Positions 51,000 to 64,000 of a stretch of 64,000 nt of DNA are shown here, piece by piece (position 1 is the first letter of the stretch; each line of letters starts with the position of its first letter). The stretch covers positions 558,001-622,000 of the forward strand of contig JBDOQK010000001.1 of NCBI GenBank assembly GCA_040437565.1. The letters run 5' to 3'. The position numbers were made by a program, and so were the translations under genes. The notes under the pieces were generated by a model. The model was not told where the DNA came from and searched no databases. It was given only the letters and a program-made list of their open reading frames with translations. The stretch is from Albugo candida. Lineage: Eukaryota.

Positions 51000-53300
51000 T
51001 CTGTCTACATTGCTTGTTCTGACGTCTAGGAGTAGAATATATCTTGTCAAGGATGCGATTTACCATGCAAAGCGCCTTCGTGATAGCTATCTGTTTCTCA
51101 TTTGCAAGCCTGACATATGGTGAATTCACGACTGGAATCATTATAGCAAAAAATAGGTATTGCTAGGCCTAGACATTCTTCATGAAGAGGAAATATCATG
51201 ACTAGATCAGAGAGTAGTGAATATTCCACTTGAAAATCGCTCTTTCTTGAAAGATCTTCGATGTGATCGTCCCATTCTTTCTCAAGTGCTCAATACGACA
51301 GCTTACAATCGATAGCTAAATGGCAGTCACGCCGTGCTGTGCCAACTGTGCAGTTACTTTACGGTGCAGCAAAATACGAATAGTGTGCCTTTCTCTATCG
51401 TTCGCGATCTCAGAATACGCGAATCTCTTTGGAACAATCGAAGAAAAAATGCAATAAGCATAATTGCAGCATCTGTGAGATTCACCGCTCTTTCCATTAA
51501 CATAACGCTGCAAGAACACAATTGTTAGCTTATGCACTAGCTTCGAAGCCCACATACATGAATCGAATTCAGTTGTAGAGATCGTGGCGATGCACGGCTA
51601 CCGCTGATTTTACCATTAAGAGCAATGAATAGATATTCGAGGCTGTTAGAGGAAATATCTGAAGGTAACTAGTCATTGCGCCAGAATTGTATCAGCTTGT
51701 GTGCTATGGCGCAGATTGAGAAGTTAGACAACGCGCGTTTGGAGGAAGGTGCTCAAGATTGCGCCGATCGCGCATCTCACTGTCTTATGAACAAGCAATT
51801 TATCTCTAGTAAGGAGGGAGACTGAGAAGGAAAAGTGTCTGATCAGCTTGAGTTGAATCCTCAACTGCGGTGCTATGATTAAGGAGCGCGTCGACTAATT
51901 GGAAGAACAAGCTTCAGCTTTGTGGCCGAGCACAGCTCTTATTTCTGACTATTCTTCTATTATGTTAAGGTACTTGACTACGTGAGTAAAACGGATTTGC
52001 TGAATAGATGTATTTCATTCTGCATGCCGCACATGTTGGTCATGAGATCACAGTTAGGCTTTCTACCTGTAGCTTGATGCCTTAATGATATTTTCTGTGA
52101 CAGTCCGAGATTGTGGCCAAGAAGTCTTTATCCTGATCTAGATGATTGGATTCAGAGAGGTTTGCTTCACATCTTTGTAAAATATGCATTCCTGGAATGC
52201 TGAGGTTGTAATCGACGAAGGTGATGGTGATCATGAGTTACAAATAGCATGTTCGCGTTTTAAGAGACTCATAAGTTGGTAGTTTTGGAGTAGTACGCTT
52301 TCGCAGCAACTAATACCGCTGTTCAATATTTTACTGACATTTACAAAGTTTTGAATGCTACTCAAATGTTTGGTATACTTACTCCGTACAAACATCCGCA
52401 TGCGTGAAGAGCGAGAAAGAGGCTTTCTCTACACCATAATCGTACACTTTGAGCATACAAATTCTGGTTATAGAAGAACATAGACCTTAGTTTTATAAGA
52501 GATTGCGTTTGCTTTGCTACTTTTCATTCTCATCGTTAAGCTTGATACAACTCTGTGTCAAAACGAGGCCGCATTACTGACACAAAACAGATCTGCTCTC
52601 ATTCTGCTCTCTACTAGCGTATACTTGCCTCATGCTAATCATCCATCCCTGATAGAATTTAGAACGGGTAAAAACACAGGTCAGCAGATAAATTGCACCC
52701 CGCCTCCTTGGTGAATTCATGGCTATGCTGAAAACGTCAATGCCAGTGATCTCCTGCTGGCAGAGGTCAATTCCCGCAATTTGCTTTGTGACTGGTATAA
52801 GATATTTCGACATTGTGTACACGTTTTCTCCGTTCCTATACTCCTTATTTTCTTTACTTGTAAGACAACAAGTAGCGACTTGCAAGTGAATGAAAGCGGC
52901 TCAGAGCTTAATCGATCTGCGAGCATCTTGAAATCGCAGATGGAGTGTCGGAGGTTCTGCCAGCAGTAACATAATTCGCCGGGTCCGTCCTGTGATACTA
53001 AATCTAGCTTGAAAAAGTTGATATCTAGCCGGGTCTCGCATGATGCTATCTATATCCATGGCATTTACTTGAAGCGTTCTTTCTACATTCGTGGGCGTGA
53101 ATCAGTCAGCAGTAGACAGTAGTATACTTTGTACCATGTCAACTAGAACGACAGTCTCAGAACTCGAGCCGAAAGAGGCGATCTGAAAATTAGGTACGTG
53201 TCTCTCGATTAGCACTCAAGCTCATACTAACCTCGCGAAGATCCTCAGATTCTCTTGCTGTAATTGATAAGTGATGTTGCGACAGCAGAACCATTATCAT
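51000..53300 (-). CDS. Possible highly spliced hypothetical gene
   Basis: Short open stretches bounded by GT/AG sites on the minus strand (e.g. RLDINFFKLDLV...MLADRLSSEP at ~52850-53035); no domain recognised. Confidence 0.3.
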
Positions 53301-54752
53301 TTTTGGAGAATCCTTGCTCACTCTATGCACAGTTGTCATCGCAGAAAATGTGCTTTTTAGTATTTAGGTACTGCTATTTCCGAGACTAAACTGCCTAATA
53401 CTATATCCAACGTCACAGTCTATTGCATATATGTGATGGTGTACTACGATTGCACGGCTACATCTCCCTCTATCTTGGGGATATCACACCGACGCTCATC
53501 TTGCGTACAGCTATTCTATAAAGAACAATAAGATGTGAATATTCAGAATGCATCGAAATTCTCAGTGTATGTCATCAAGTGGATAACTACAACCGTATCG
53601 ATCACAGACACACCTCAGATGTGTCAATATAATAACAATGCGACTGAGAGGATGATCAAGCTGTATTCGGTACTCAGCTATTGGCCTATTCAGGTTGTGC
53701 ATACTACTTTCTCCTCAATGCCGAAATGCCGAAGAACAAGACACTGAGCTTGCAAGAATATATGTATTGACGACCAATAATTAGTATCGAGTGGACGATC
53801 CTCTACTGCCTTATCAACCACAGTATTCTCAAAGCAATATATGAAGCTGAGAATTAATCGTTGGTGCAATCGAAAACGGTACGTCATCGCGCTGGACCTT
53901 TGAAGTAGTTCGCAATACAATTTATACAACAAGTAAGTTCTATCAACTCCTTTTGAATGGAAATGCCGGAGTATTGGGAAACACAAGAACAAGAGCGACG
54001 TGCTGACTCACAAAGTGAGGGAAATATTTGAACAACATTACCTGCGTGATGTAAATCCGTACGAAGTTGTGTTCATGCTTTGACACAGAAGGCAAAAGAA
54101 ATTTTCACACAGACTTGACAATGTGCGTGCACCGAATGATTATAGGTATGCATCTAACATTGTCGAGCAAAGTACAAGCCGGTTATCCGTGAAATTCTGA
54201 CAATGAGCTAGATTTATCGCCAGTATGAGATTTCCGTGAATATATTTTACTCTGTCAGGGAAATACACACAAGACAGAGAATAGCACTAAGACTTGAATG
54301 AAAATTATAGAATGAACTCACAAGGAGTTGAGATACGACGCATATATTCCAGTGTGTACACCAGCTAAGCTAATCAGATGTAACTTGGGATCTGCGAGTT
54401 TGAAGAAAGCAGACCGATCAATGACTTGCGGTGGACCTTCAGCTATTTCCTTTTAAGAAATGATCACCTGATTTCAATTAGTTTTAGCAATCCTTCAGTT
54501 CATGGCGTTGTCAATTCGGAGAGTAGTGGATCTCTGTATAATAAAGATAACAGGATTGAATAACAAATCTGCGCGTTTATGGGTTGTTGTAACCGAAAGG
54601 CGAAAAGGTAAAAAATGGAAGTTTGCCGTGAGATTTGGATGATCATTGAAAAGAACTGATAGATTGGACAACAAGAATGCACTAGATTACATTCGACGTA
54701 CTAAAACTTGTGAATCAAGACGTCGTCTTCTACCTCAGATCGACAGAGATAT

Positions 54753-56166
54753 TTAGTCTACTGCCGAATACTTCTTGATCAAAGCATGTAACGATTCACC
54801 AAAGCTTTCCAGTGAGAAGTTGTCTTCTACTCTTTTCCTTCCGTTTTGTCCCATTGTCTGCACCTCTTTCCGATTACTAGGATCGCAAATAAACGCCATC
54901 GAATTTGCAAACGCTTCAGGCGTGCTGTCGCATAAAAATCCAGTAACCTTATCGCGAATTGTTTCCAATGGACCTCCATTATTGACAGCGATGACAGGAG
55001 TCCCACAAGCCATTGCCTCAACTGGAACAATTCCAAAGTGTTCGTAGCTCGGAGTATAAAGTACAGCCCGACATGTTGACAGCAGCCTGATTTTATCGTT
55101 GTTTGACACGGAAGTCATGAATTCAACATGCTCTCCCAGCGCATGCGTCACAATCTCTTGCCTCAGCTCGGATAGATGCTCAATATTTTCCTGATTTAGA
55201 GGATCGTATCCTCCAGCGATGATGAGTTTTACAAGCTTGAATGACTCGGGCTGTAGCTTGTTGCGAAGACATACTAGCGCTTTGATGGCCACTACGAGAT
55301 TTTTTTTCCGTTCAAATCGATTCAAGGACACAAATTCAAGTGCGTTAATATTCGATGTGAGCGTTTTCGCCTTTTCATACGACTTCAAATCAACCGGAGG
55401 GTACAAAATCTCCAAGTGACGGTTTTGAAGGCGTCTGAAGGTTTCCTTGAACACAGACTTTGTGTACCCGCTGTTTACTGCGAGAATATCTGAGCATACT
55501 GCACATAAATGAATCAGTGAAAGTAGCGTTTAATGGAGTGTAAGATTCCTTACTTGTTGTTACTTCCTCGATGAAATCTAGCGGGAGACGATAGAAACGT
55601 TTCAGTAAGCTTTTCTCACCGAGTTTGACAAGCAATTGGTCAGGATAGTGCCCGTAAAATAAGACCGGGAGGTCGAGATATCGTAAGAATGGAATTGGTA
55701 CTGATATCTGATCGACTATATAGACATGAATTTCACGATGAAATCCTCGAGCAAAAATCACCAGTGACACATAAAGAACACGGAGGATAGCACAAGCAGC
55801 ATAAAATCTTCCACCCAGTATTGTTCGTGGTAGCCAGTCACCATAGACATGCACACAATCCGCCAGTGGTCCTTCTCCACGAGTTTCTTCAAAGCAGTGT
55901 GACTTATCATGATGTGAAGTGAATATACTGACGCGACAGCCATTTTTCTGTAAGGAAATAGCTGCGTTCACAATGAGATTTTCGGCTCCGCCAATGCCAA
56001 AATCTGGATGCAGAAAACCAACATGTAGTTCCCGAATTTTCTTCTTATATTTTGGCACTCGAACAAACTTTTTGTACAATCCGATGACAAATGCCCGAGC
56101 AACTAGTGTAATGAAGAGAAGACTCAAAAGAGCCAATGCGGCAAAAGATGATAAGAGAAATGGCAT
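54753..56166 (-). CDS. ALG2: Alpha-1,3/1,6-mannosyltransferase (GT4), 2 exons
   Basis: FLHPDFGIGGAE, SHHDKSHCFEET, FYGHYPDQLL, SLNRFERKKN, YTPSYEHFGIVPVEAM, NNGGPLET. Confidence 0.95.
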
Positions 56167-56592
56167 AATGAGCGGGTGGCGTGAGAAGACCGCTTTATGT
56201 CCAATCGCTTGCACAGCCTCCCTTTATATCGCCAACGAAATCTCGACTTATGCCCCACGCTCTCGGATTCTTCAGAGCGCTACGTGCTCTACAGTCTAAT
56301 GACATTGCAATCAACTCCTCGATATAACTCATGCGCACAAGCGGATGTGTGCATTTGCACTTGTGAAATGCAAGCGTTAAAATGACATATACACCGCTGT
56401 ATTGCATGATTGGAAGAAGATCCGAAAGGCGGAATAGATAGGATGAAAACGTCAATATCACAAGTGGTGATATATTTCTGATTGAGCACTTGCACATGAT
56501 GACTGATGTGTCTTACTCGGCAGAAACCGTTGTTCCACTACAGATTTTGATATACTTGAAAACTTCGTAGGGACGAACGCTCACTGGTTGTG

Positions 56593-57653
56593 CTAGCCCG
56601 ATGTTTGTGATTGCGCGTTGAAGTCAGTTCCGTTTGATTCTGCATGACCACACATATCGCCATACATGGCTTGATTTGGATCTCTTTCCTTTTTGTGCTG
56701 TACTTTGAGTCTTTTGCGCCCTACTTGGAACCCGTTCATTCCTTTGATCGCAGCATCAGCAGATGGAGGGTTGTCGTAGCTAACGAATCCTGTCATGTTC
56801 ATGTGAAAAGAAACCCAAACTGTAACAAAAACCATGTACCACGTACCAAATCCACGACTTCGACCTGTTTCTTTTTCGACCATAATGCGTGCGCTGATCA
56901 CGTTCCCATAAGTCGCGAAATAGTTGAACAAATCTTGGTTCGTCATATCATTTGGAATATGAAAAACAAACAAATTGCATCCAGGAGGTCCTAATACCAC
57001 ATACTCGTATGATGAGCATGAAAGCACGCAAAAATTGTCTTGGTTCCCACCTTGACCGCTTTCGGTTGTTTGGATGGGTGGTCCCGGCCCTGCGATTTGA
57101 GGAGCAAAACCTATCAAAGCTTTGTGAGAATCCGAGCATGTGCCAGCGTCATATACCGTAATGCTGAGGGAATGAGTACATGTAGGCAGCTGCCCCATAC
57201 GGCGCCGGATATGCGATAGACTGCGCATAGTGGGGAGGAAACCCGTACGCTATAGGTCATAGTTATTGATGAGAATCTTCTTTGAAACCGATACTAGCGA
57301 CGATACCTTGTCCAGCAGGAGCGATATGCTGCTGTTGATTCTGTTGAAAAGCGTTTTGGCCAGCAAAGTTTGGTTGTTGGAAAGCATTTTCCATTTGTGA
57401 TTGCTCATTTTCTTGTGAGGAAGATAATGTTGCAGGACTAGCACACCGCTCTTGAATAGAATTGAATCGCTTTAAACCAATTGTGTGAAACTTACCGTTC
57501 CCAAGTGGACTCCCCTGTGACACTATTGTAGTAGTATTTACGACCATTTGGTGCATCGTGTTCCGACCATTGCGAAATCTCTGAGGTATTTGCCGGAGAA
57601 GATGGACCGCTTTCGGCATCAACATGCTCTGTAGAACCACTTAATTCAGCCAT
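56593..57653 (-). CDS. WW domain plus CELF/Bruno-type C-terminal RRM protein, multi-exon
   Basis: Exon 1 reads MAELSG...QWSEHDAPNGRKYYYNSVTGESTWER (WW). C-terminal GPPGCNLFVFHIP...GRSRGFG|FVSYD...MNGFQVGRKRLKVQHK (CELF RRM3-like). Confidence 0.85.
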
Positions 57654-57782
57654 GAACAACAAAAGTTTTCCGTGTCAGTTCAAATCGAGACACTTTGTCG
57701 TGTACTTTATGGACGTAACGAGTAATGAATTTGTTGTTAGGGTCACAGTTTATAAAATGAATTCTTTAGCAGGAACACACCA

Positions 57783-59800
57783 CGCAAAAATGTAATATAA
57801 GCAATGAAAAATATTAGGACGCACAAATGCAAAGTGGAAACTCAAACGCAAATCGGGAACCAAATTGTTCCAATCTTGCCACGAAAATATCGACTTTTTC
57901 TCAGTATACTTGAACCAGACCGAGTCGAGGAGAATGACATTAAAGTACGCATTAGGTTCGTAACGGATAAGTACGAGATGGATACTGTAGCTCGGATCCA
58001 GATAGAATGATGAATGCAAATAATAGATCGAAGTAGAAGAGTTTCACGAGCACCTGATAATTTATTTTTCACAGCTTGAGCAAGAGAGGATGATAGACAA
58101 GATGCATCCAGGACAGCTATTTAGTAGGCAAGTCTTGCGTGCGATAGGCGTCGCTATCCTCTCCGGCGGTACCCAGCGCTTTTGAAAGTGGGATGGCGAA
58201 GTAATAAAATTCGAAAAACGTAGTGTGATAGATATTCGCCGTAGAAAATTCCATTCTAATGCCGGAATACTGCTTATTGACGAGGTGATGCTGTAAATGG
58301 TTGGGGAGAGATTTTATTGCATGATTTGAAGAATTGGCGGTAGAGGTTTAGATTTCAGTAATGAGAAAGACCCCAACAATATGCGTGCGTAGAGAAAGCG
58401 TAATCAGTCGATAACTTGCATGTATTCTGCGTATCGTTATTGAGATGAGTTGTAAAACGCCGCGGAAGGTTTTTCCGATAAGCCGTTGAGTTGAAAGGAA
58501 CTCATCCTCGTTTAGGAATGTGGAAAACGACAGGTGCAAGCAATTTGATGAGGTAAAACGCACTCTCCGTAGGATAGAGGTTTGTATGAAAACTACAGGG
58601 CGAACAGATACCCCTACAATATTAAGCCCACAGGGACTCATGCTGTTCAATAGCAAAGACGCCTACGCCTTGCCGTTTCCTTCTTCACATATGTAAAGTC
58701 GCACTGTGAAACCAATCGCTGAAGAGTCAGTGTGATGAAAAAGCTCCATAAGCAGAGATTCGATGGGTCTATAAATTGATACAGGGTAGTACGAATTCAT
58801 GGTTGTACAATTTTGTATTAAAGCGCTGAAAGAGCAGCTGAAACAAAATTTGTTCTAACGAGTAGAGCGAAATAGATATTACTGAGATCAATCCTGGCGC
58901 CGGAGGTTGAAGAAGATGCATGCAAACAACACTAACAAGATTGAATTTGCAAAGGAATATAAAAAATGCTGGTGCTGCTGCGCGCATTTACAAGACCATA
59001 CATGGCCAAAACAATAGTAGCCCGAAAGCAGATCAATCAAGCGCTTACTTGTCTGTCGCGATGAATGCATCCTCGATGATCTTTTAGTCGATTTTGCAGA
59101 TGCTGTAGCGACCCAGAAAAGCAAAGCACTCGTTTTCGCAAGCGCAACCGAACAGTAGTCGTCGTACATTTATTGGGAGAACTCTTTTGCTACCGACATA
59201 TCCATCAAATGCAAGAAGATCAATGCGAATCATCAAGAATGCGATTTCTGGCATTGAACCTGTACAAACCAGCAGGAGAGCAGAGAGTGATCTCATGCAA
59301 AGCGAAACCAATGCAGAAGACGCGACCATTATAGGGTCCTGGAATTCACAGCGTTTACTTTTTCCGTTAAAAGGAGTCGGTGTATGGTAGCAGTGGACAA
59401 TCAAGACTAGTCATACAACTGTCGGACCTGAGGTGATCAACTGCAACATAAGATTTGCCAAATTGTACACGGATGACAAGCTGCTTATCGCCTTAACGAT
59501 CTTGGAACACTTTACCGACGATCGTTCCAACTGATGATACTACTTTTCACCGATTTGATTGGCAAAGGCTTGGTGCTGAGCATAGAAGGTGTAGGTACGT
59601 CTTGTCGGACGTGCACTCGTAAATATAAATCTGACCATGAGCGATAAAGTTTCCACTTGATCCAATGCTCTCATTTATTATTACCGGGTGCCGCCATCGT
59701 ATATAAATTGAGCAATGATTCGACGTCATTAGCATACGAGGAATAGTTGAGCTGAAGCTAGTCATTTATCCATCGCAAAAGTAATCTTGTCCACACAGTG
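57783..59800 (+). CDS. Possible highly spliced hypothetical gene
   Basis: Short plus-strand ORFs (57804-58010 and 59187-59390) with plausible splice sites, divergent from the WW-RRM gene; no homology recognised. Confidence 0.25.
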
Positions 59801-60004
59801 TGCTGTGCATAAGATTCTCATTAAATCGCTAAAGAGGGTGACTCATGGTGATCAATGTACTGATACATGAAGCCGCCGTGACTTGCTACCGTATTCAACA
59901 AAAACATCATTTCTCCACATAATAAATTGCTTAATTGTCGTAAAGTTTGCATTTGCTGAACGCTAACTGTGATCACTTATCGATTTCAAATCAAAATAAT
60001 TTCG

Positions 60005-62730
60005 ATGGTTATTGATAACGAAGCTCTATCCCTAAAGTCTGTCGCTATGGTAAATGAGTCTTCGTCGACACTACCGATGTCAGCACTCAACCATCCTGAG
60101 ATGCACGCGAGCTCGCATGACGAGAATACAAAACAAACAATACCGCACGAGATGATAATTTTGCCACACTCGAATGAGAATAAAACATCGTCACCGTAAG
60201 TTGTGAGATTGTGCCCTCTTTTTTCGCAACAAGAATTAACGTGTTTACTCACGACCGCAGCGTGATGACAGCGGTCGAAAGTGATTTGAAAGCGGGTCAG
60301 TCACCCATTCCTGACATGAAGGAATCAAACATAAGAGATGAGATTGATCCCCAGTCTGGAAGACATATCTCTATTTCAATTGAAAATGATAAAGGAGAAA
60401 AGTCTCCACCCAGAGACGAAAAGATCGAAACACCCAAATATGAAAAAGAAGCCACAAATGAATGTCCGGATACAAGCGAAAGAAGAGAACTGATGAGCGA
60501 AACGAACGAGAATAAACATATCAAAAAAATTAACGCTTTACGAAGAAATAAAAAAGAAGTATCAAAACCAAAACAGTCCAACAAAAGTACAAAGATCACT
60601 GGAGGTAAGGCGAATTCAGGAAGAGCTGAAAAGAAAAAACAGGAGGCAATTCCTTCTACCAAATCAACAAGGAAGGGAAAACGTGGTCCGAAAAAACAAA
60701 AAGAATTATCGCACGCACCTCCACCACATAAATTGATCCTCAATAAAGTGCGGGCTCAGGTAAGCAAATTACTATCGAAAACATGAGGAACAAAGCAAGT
60801 CCTAAATATCTGTATGTGAGGTGCGACAATTGACGTATCATCAGCATTTTGTGCAGGCGTATGAGTCAGAAGGATGGAATCGAAAAAATGGCGAGCGATT
60901 GAAACCTTACGAAAGCTTACTGGAAGCGAAACAAAAAGTTGTGGCTGGCAAACGGTCGATTATCCATTTATTGGGAGCCCTTCGTGATCTTCATAAACAT
61001 GATCGGCAATTTGATTACCTCGCTCCTGAGTACTCACATCTGTTGAGAAGTTCGTCAACCGATGGCCAAACACCAATACACGAAGAAAATCGCCATCAGT
61101 ATGTAATCTACTGTTCACGATGCAATAGTACAAATACAATACCGGAGAACGATATCATCATATGCGATTCCGAAGGGTGTAATCGAGCTTATCACCAAAA
61201 ATGCCAGAATCCACCGGTAGCGACAAGCGATATTCCCCTCGGTGACGCACTTTGGTACTGCGAAATTTGTGAAGCTCTGTTCAAATCTTTGAAATGCATA
61301 AACACAGCTTTCGGAACGGCCTACGAAACTATCGATGAGGTAGGTAGAAAGTGGATGCTTGCAAATTGTAATTGAAGCTCATTGGACCCGATTTTGAAGG
61401 TGTTTCCCGAGCTGAAGGGTGGAGAAGTGGAAGCTCTGCAAAAACAAAGCACTAATCCACAAAAAAGTCAAACAGCTTGTTCTTGGCTGGATGTGTTACG
61501 GGGTACAAACGATTCGCGTGATGATGAGTCAGCTGATGAAGATTTTACCCCAAAAATTGATAAAGGAGACAATTCTGGGGACTCTCCAACCAATTCAGAA
61601 TCCGATCATACCTACAGCCACAAGACAATAAAACATTCTGAAATAAGTGACGATGAAATTGCATTTCTTTCCAGAGAAAACGTCATTAATACAAATCGGT
61701 GCGTGTTGAAAGTACTGGTCGTACACGGAGTGCATACTGATCAGTGTTGATACGATAGTCGATCACTTCGATCGTCGGTCGCAGAAGACCAGAACCACCA
61801 TGAAATCCCCAAAATTACCTCCGACCACAATTCTATTGCTCATCTAGAACCAGCTCGCTATTTAGGCCAAGTTGCATCCTCCAATTATGTTCCTCGAGTT
61901 AGTGCTCATTTGATGAAGTCTGAAGCTCCTTCTTTCTATTATAAGGATGGAATTCCAATGAAAGAGACCAATAGGACCCCTCGTTACCCGTCTGTATATG
62001 AGAATTCCGGGCCATCGAATGCAAGCACAGCTTTTCACCCGTGAGGAATCATACAATGATCAATGTTCTTCTTCTCACATGTGTACTCTTCATTTGTAGC
62101 CAAATTGTGCTCAAAAGCGCTGTAGCGGCAAATCCAACTAATCAGGAATATCGACCGAATAATCATGCACCCTCTCCATACTCCATAGGCGATGTAGTTA
62201 CACGAGCGGCTTCACATGTCCCAGTGGCTACCTCACCGACTGATCTTGTGGGAACAGAAATTATCAAAGTCACAACTCTACACAAGGCAAAAGTCTTCGG
62301 GCTTGTGGTCGATTGCATGTGGAAAGTCAAATACGATGATGCTACAGAAGAATTTCTCACTTGGAATGAGTTGCAATGTGCTATCACCAAAGCCAGAGAG
62401 CAGACTACAAACAATATACAAGGTGTCCGCGTGCCGCAAACGCAAGATTTTCCGCTATCAAACTCTGTCGCTGTAAAGGGGAAGCGCAAACGTTCAGCTG
62501 TGAATTATCGCCAGCTCAATTCACTTTTATTTGCTGACAAGGCCGATAGCGACGATGAACCTCGCGAAAGCATCCCAAAGTCATCTTCCTCTCCAAACAG
62601 ACCGTATGAGACATTAAATTCTCAACCTTCCGCTTCGGCACGCGAACCGAAGCAGGTACAAAGAAGACGAGGACGGCGAGCGGTGAATTATCGTGTGATG
62701 CACGAAGGAACTACTCCAGCGGAAGACTAA
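60005..62730 (+). CDS. PHD-finger protein, PRH/HAT3.1-like, with a Tudor-like segment, multi-exon
   Basis: CSRC...NDIIICDSEGCNRAYHQKCQNPP...WYCEIC (PHD), preceded by QHFVQAYESEGW...LKP; later WKVKYDDATEE and two R..VNYR motifs. Confidence 0.8.
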
Positions 62731-63097
62731 ACATATGGAATGGTAGAATATTGTGGATGAAAAGCGCACATAATACAATGTTGTTTGCCTGTTATTACTG
62801 TGACAATAGTTGCGGTAGTAGAAACTACCAATAATTGCCATAATCTGCAAGAAGCGTCTGTTGATAGGATTGAAAAAGTCAAACAGTAGAGAAAAGCTTA
62901 ACGGATACACCCGCTCTTTCGCATTTAGTAACGACACTTTTGAGTGCATGAAAGTGATTGAGAATTGCAAACGTAGGTAGTGTACTATCGAGACGGAGGA
63001 AAGTACGATCGAAAGCGGTAAACTATCTGCGAGAAGAAACAGCGTTACAACCTTTTTGCGCCAACAGAATACTGCTGATTGCATCAATTCGAACGAA

Positions 63098-64000
63098 ATG
63101 CGTCGTTCTGATACGAGATCGAGGACCGAAACGAACGCCCCAGCCTGTCATTTTCTATCAATGCAAGCGGAAGGAGATATCAAATTCAATGTCAGAGACA
63201 ACAGGCAAAGAACTTTATTCGAACACTTGAGGGAAGCATCCTGTGAATCAAATGATCTTTCTACACGCAGTTTGACCTTTCAGCGAATTGATAGAGTTTG
63301 TAGGATCATAACGCAACAACTACCGAAATTAGGATTTCATGATACAATATGTGAAATAGCACTCCGAACAACGCTCTTGGATTTTGCAAAACATCAAAAA
63401 CAAATGCAGAATTTCTCGCTGGAAATCGTCTTTTTTTCGCTGATTCGTTCGGTGTGTGAATTCCATTTCAGAGAGTCCATGACATTTTGCCTTCCCTCTC
63501 ATGAAGAAATTTGGCGTCGCCAGAACGTGGTGAACCAAATGCAGAGAGAGCGATACAAATTTGAATGGCCAGTTTTTGAGATGGCACAATTTGAGTTTGG
63601 AAATGCTCGTTCTGGAACTTGTTTTAACAACGTCTGTGTTTTGATCAATTTGCCGAGAGTGCCATTGGACAGCAACGCTGACATGATCGAATTCTTATCA
63701 AGCTACCTATTTGCAATGATATCTGATCCTATCCAAATTGCAATTTCTTCAATGAGTGCGACTGGAAGGGCGAAGAAATGTGCATTTTTGGAATTCGAGA
63801 ATCATGAAATTGCTCGGCTGGTTGCTTCAGCTGTCAATCGACTCCAATGGGGAGAAAGCTCGTCGGATGTCATTCATTCAGAGCTATTTCGCCATTATCA
63901 AGTCAAGCCCAATCATTCTATAAAGAAAGGCCACGTGCCTCGGCCATTACAGCAGCACATGCTTTCAAGAAGAATGCATGTCTCCAAACAAAATATAAGA
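63098..64000 (+). CDS. RRM-like domain protein, truncated by the window end
   Basis: The frame is open from ~62981 to the window end (first ATG 63098; absent from the ORF track). It contains VCVLINLP (RNP2-like) and KKCAFLEFENHEIA (RNP1-like). Confidence 0.6.
   Translation, partial: MRRSDTRSRTETNAPACHFLSMQAEGDIKFNVRDNRQRTLFEHLREASCESNDLSTRSLTFQRIDRVCRIITQQLPKLGFHDTICEIALRTTLLDFAKHQKQMQNFSLEIVFFSLIRSVCEFHFRESMTFCLPSHEEIWRRQNVVNQMQRERYKFEWPVFEMAQFEFGNARSGTCFNNVCVLINLPRVPLDSNADMIEFLSSYLFAMISDPIQIAISSMSATGRAKKCAFLEFENHEIARLVASAVNRLQWGESSSDVIHSELFRHYQVKPNHSIKKGHVPRPLQQHMLSRRMHVSKQNIR

Overview
Eukaryotic, intron-containing sequence that looks oomycete. The compact genes, short introns, INR/FPR and CCAAT promoter motifs and a Crinkler-type remnant suggest an Albugo-like genome; the taxon is an inference. 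The window has two compartments. (1) 1 to ~20.3 kb is a nested transposon graveyard: Ty1/Copia pieces with LTRs, PBS and PPT; two copies of a structured tRNA-derived SINE-like element; the probable 5' end of a LINE starting on an INR+FPR motif; a LINE RT remnant; a non-autonomous TIR element; four MULE remnants, one apparently spliced to a Ulp1-like domain; and a Crinkler-type REase/kinase pseudogene. (2) ~22-64 kb is a very dense housekeeping block: RGS-RGS-DENN protein, B-box/TAZ protein, UBC4/5, PP2C, PUS3, primase large subunit, SLC43-like MFS transporter, EF-hand/coiled-coil protein, SRPK, PDX1, SFI1-repeat protein, CaMKK-like kinase, FANCE-like protein, Na+/H+ exchanger, ALG2, WW-RRM protein, PRH/HAT3.1-like PHD protein and a partial RRM protein. 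Most ~100-N gaps have duplicated flanks, which are assembly artefacts. All calls come from reading motifs by eye; no database searches were run, and exon boundaries are approximate.
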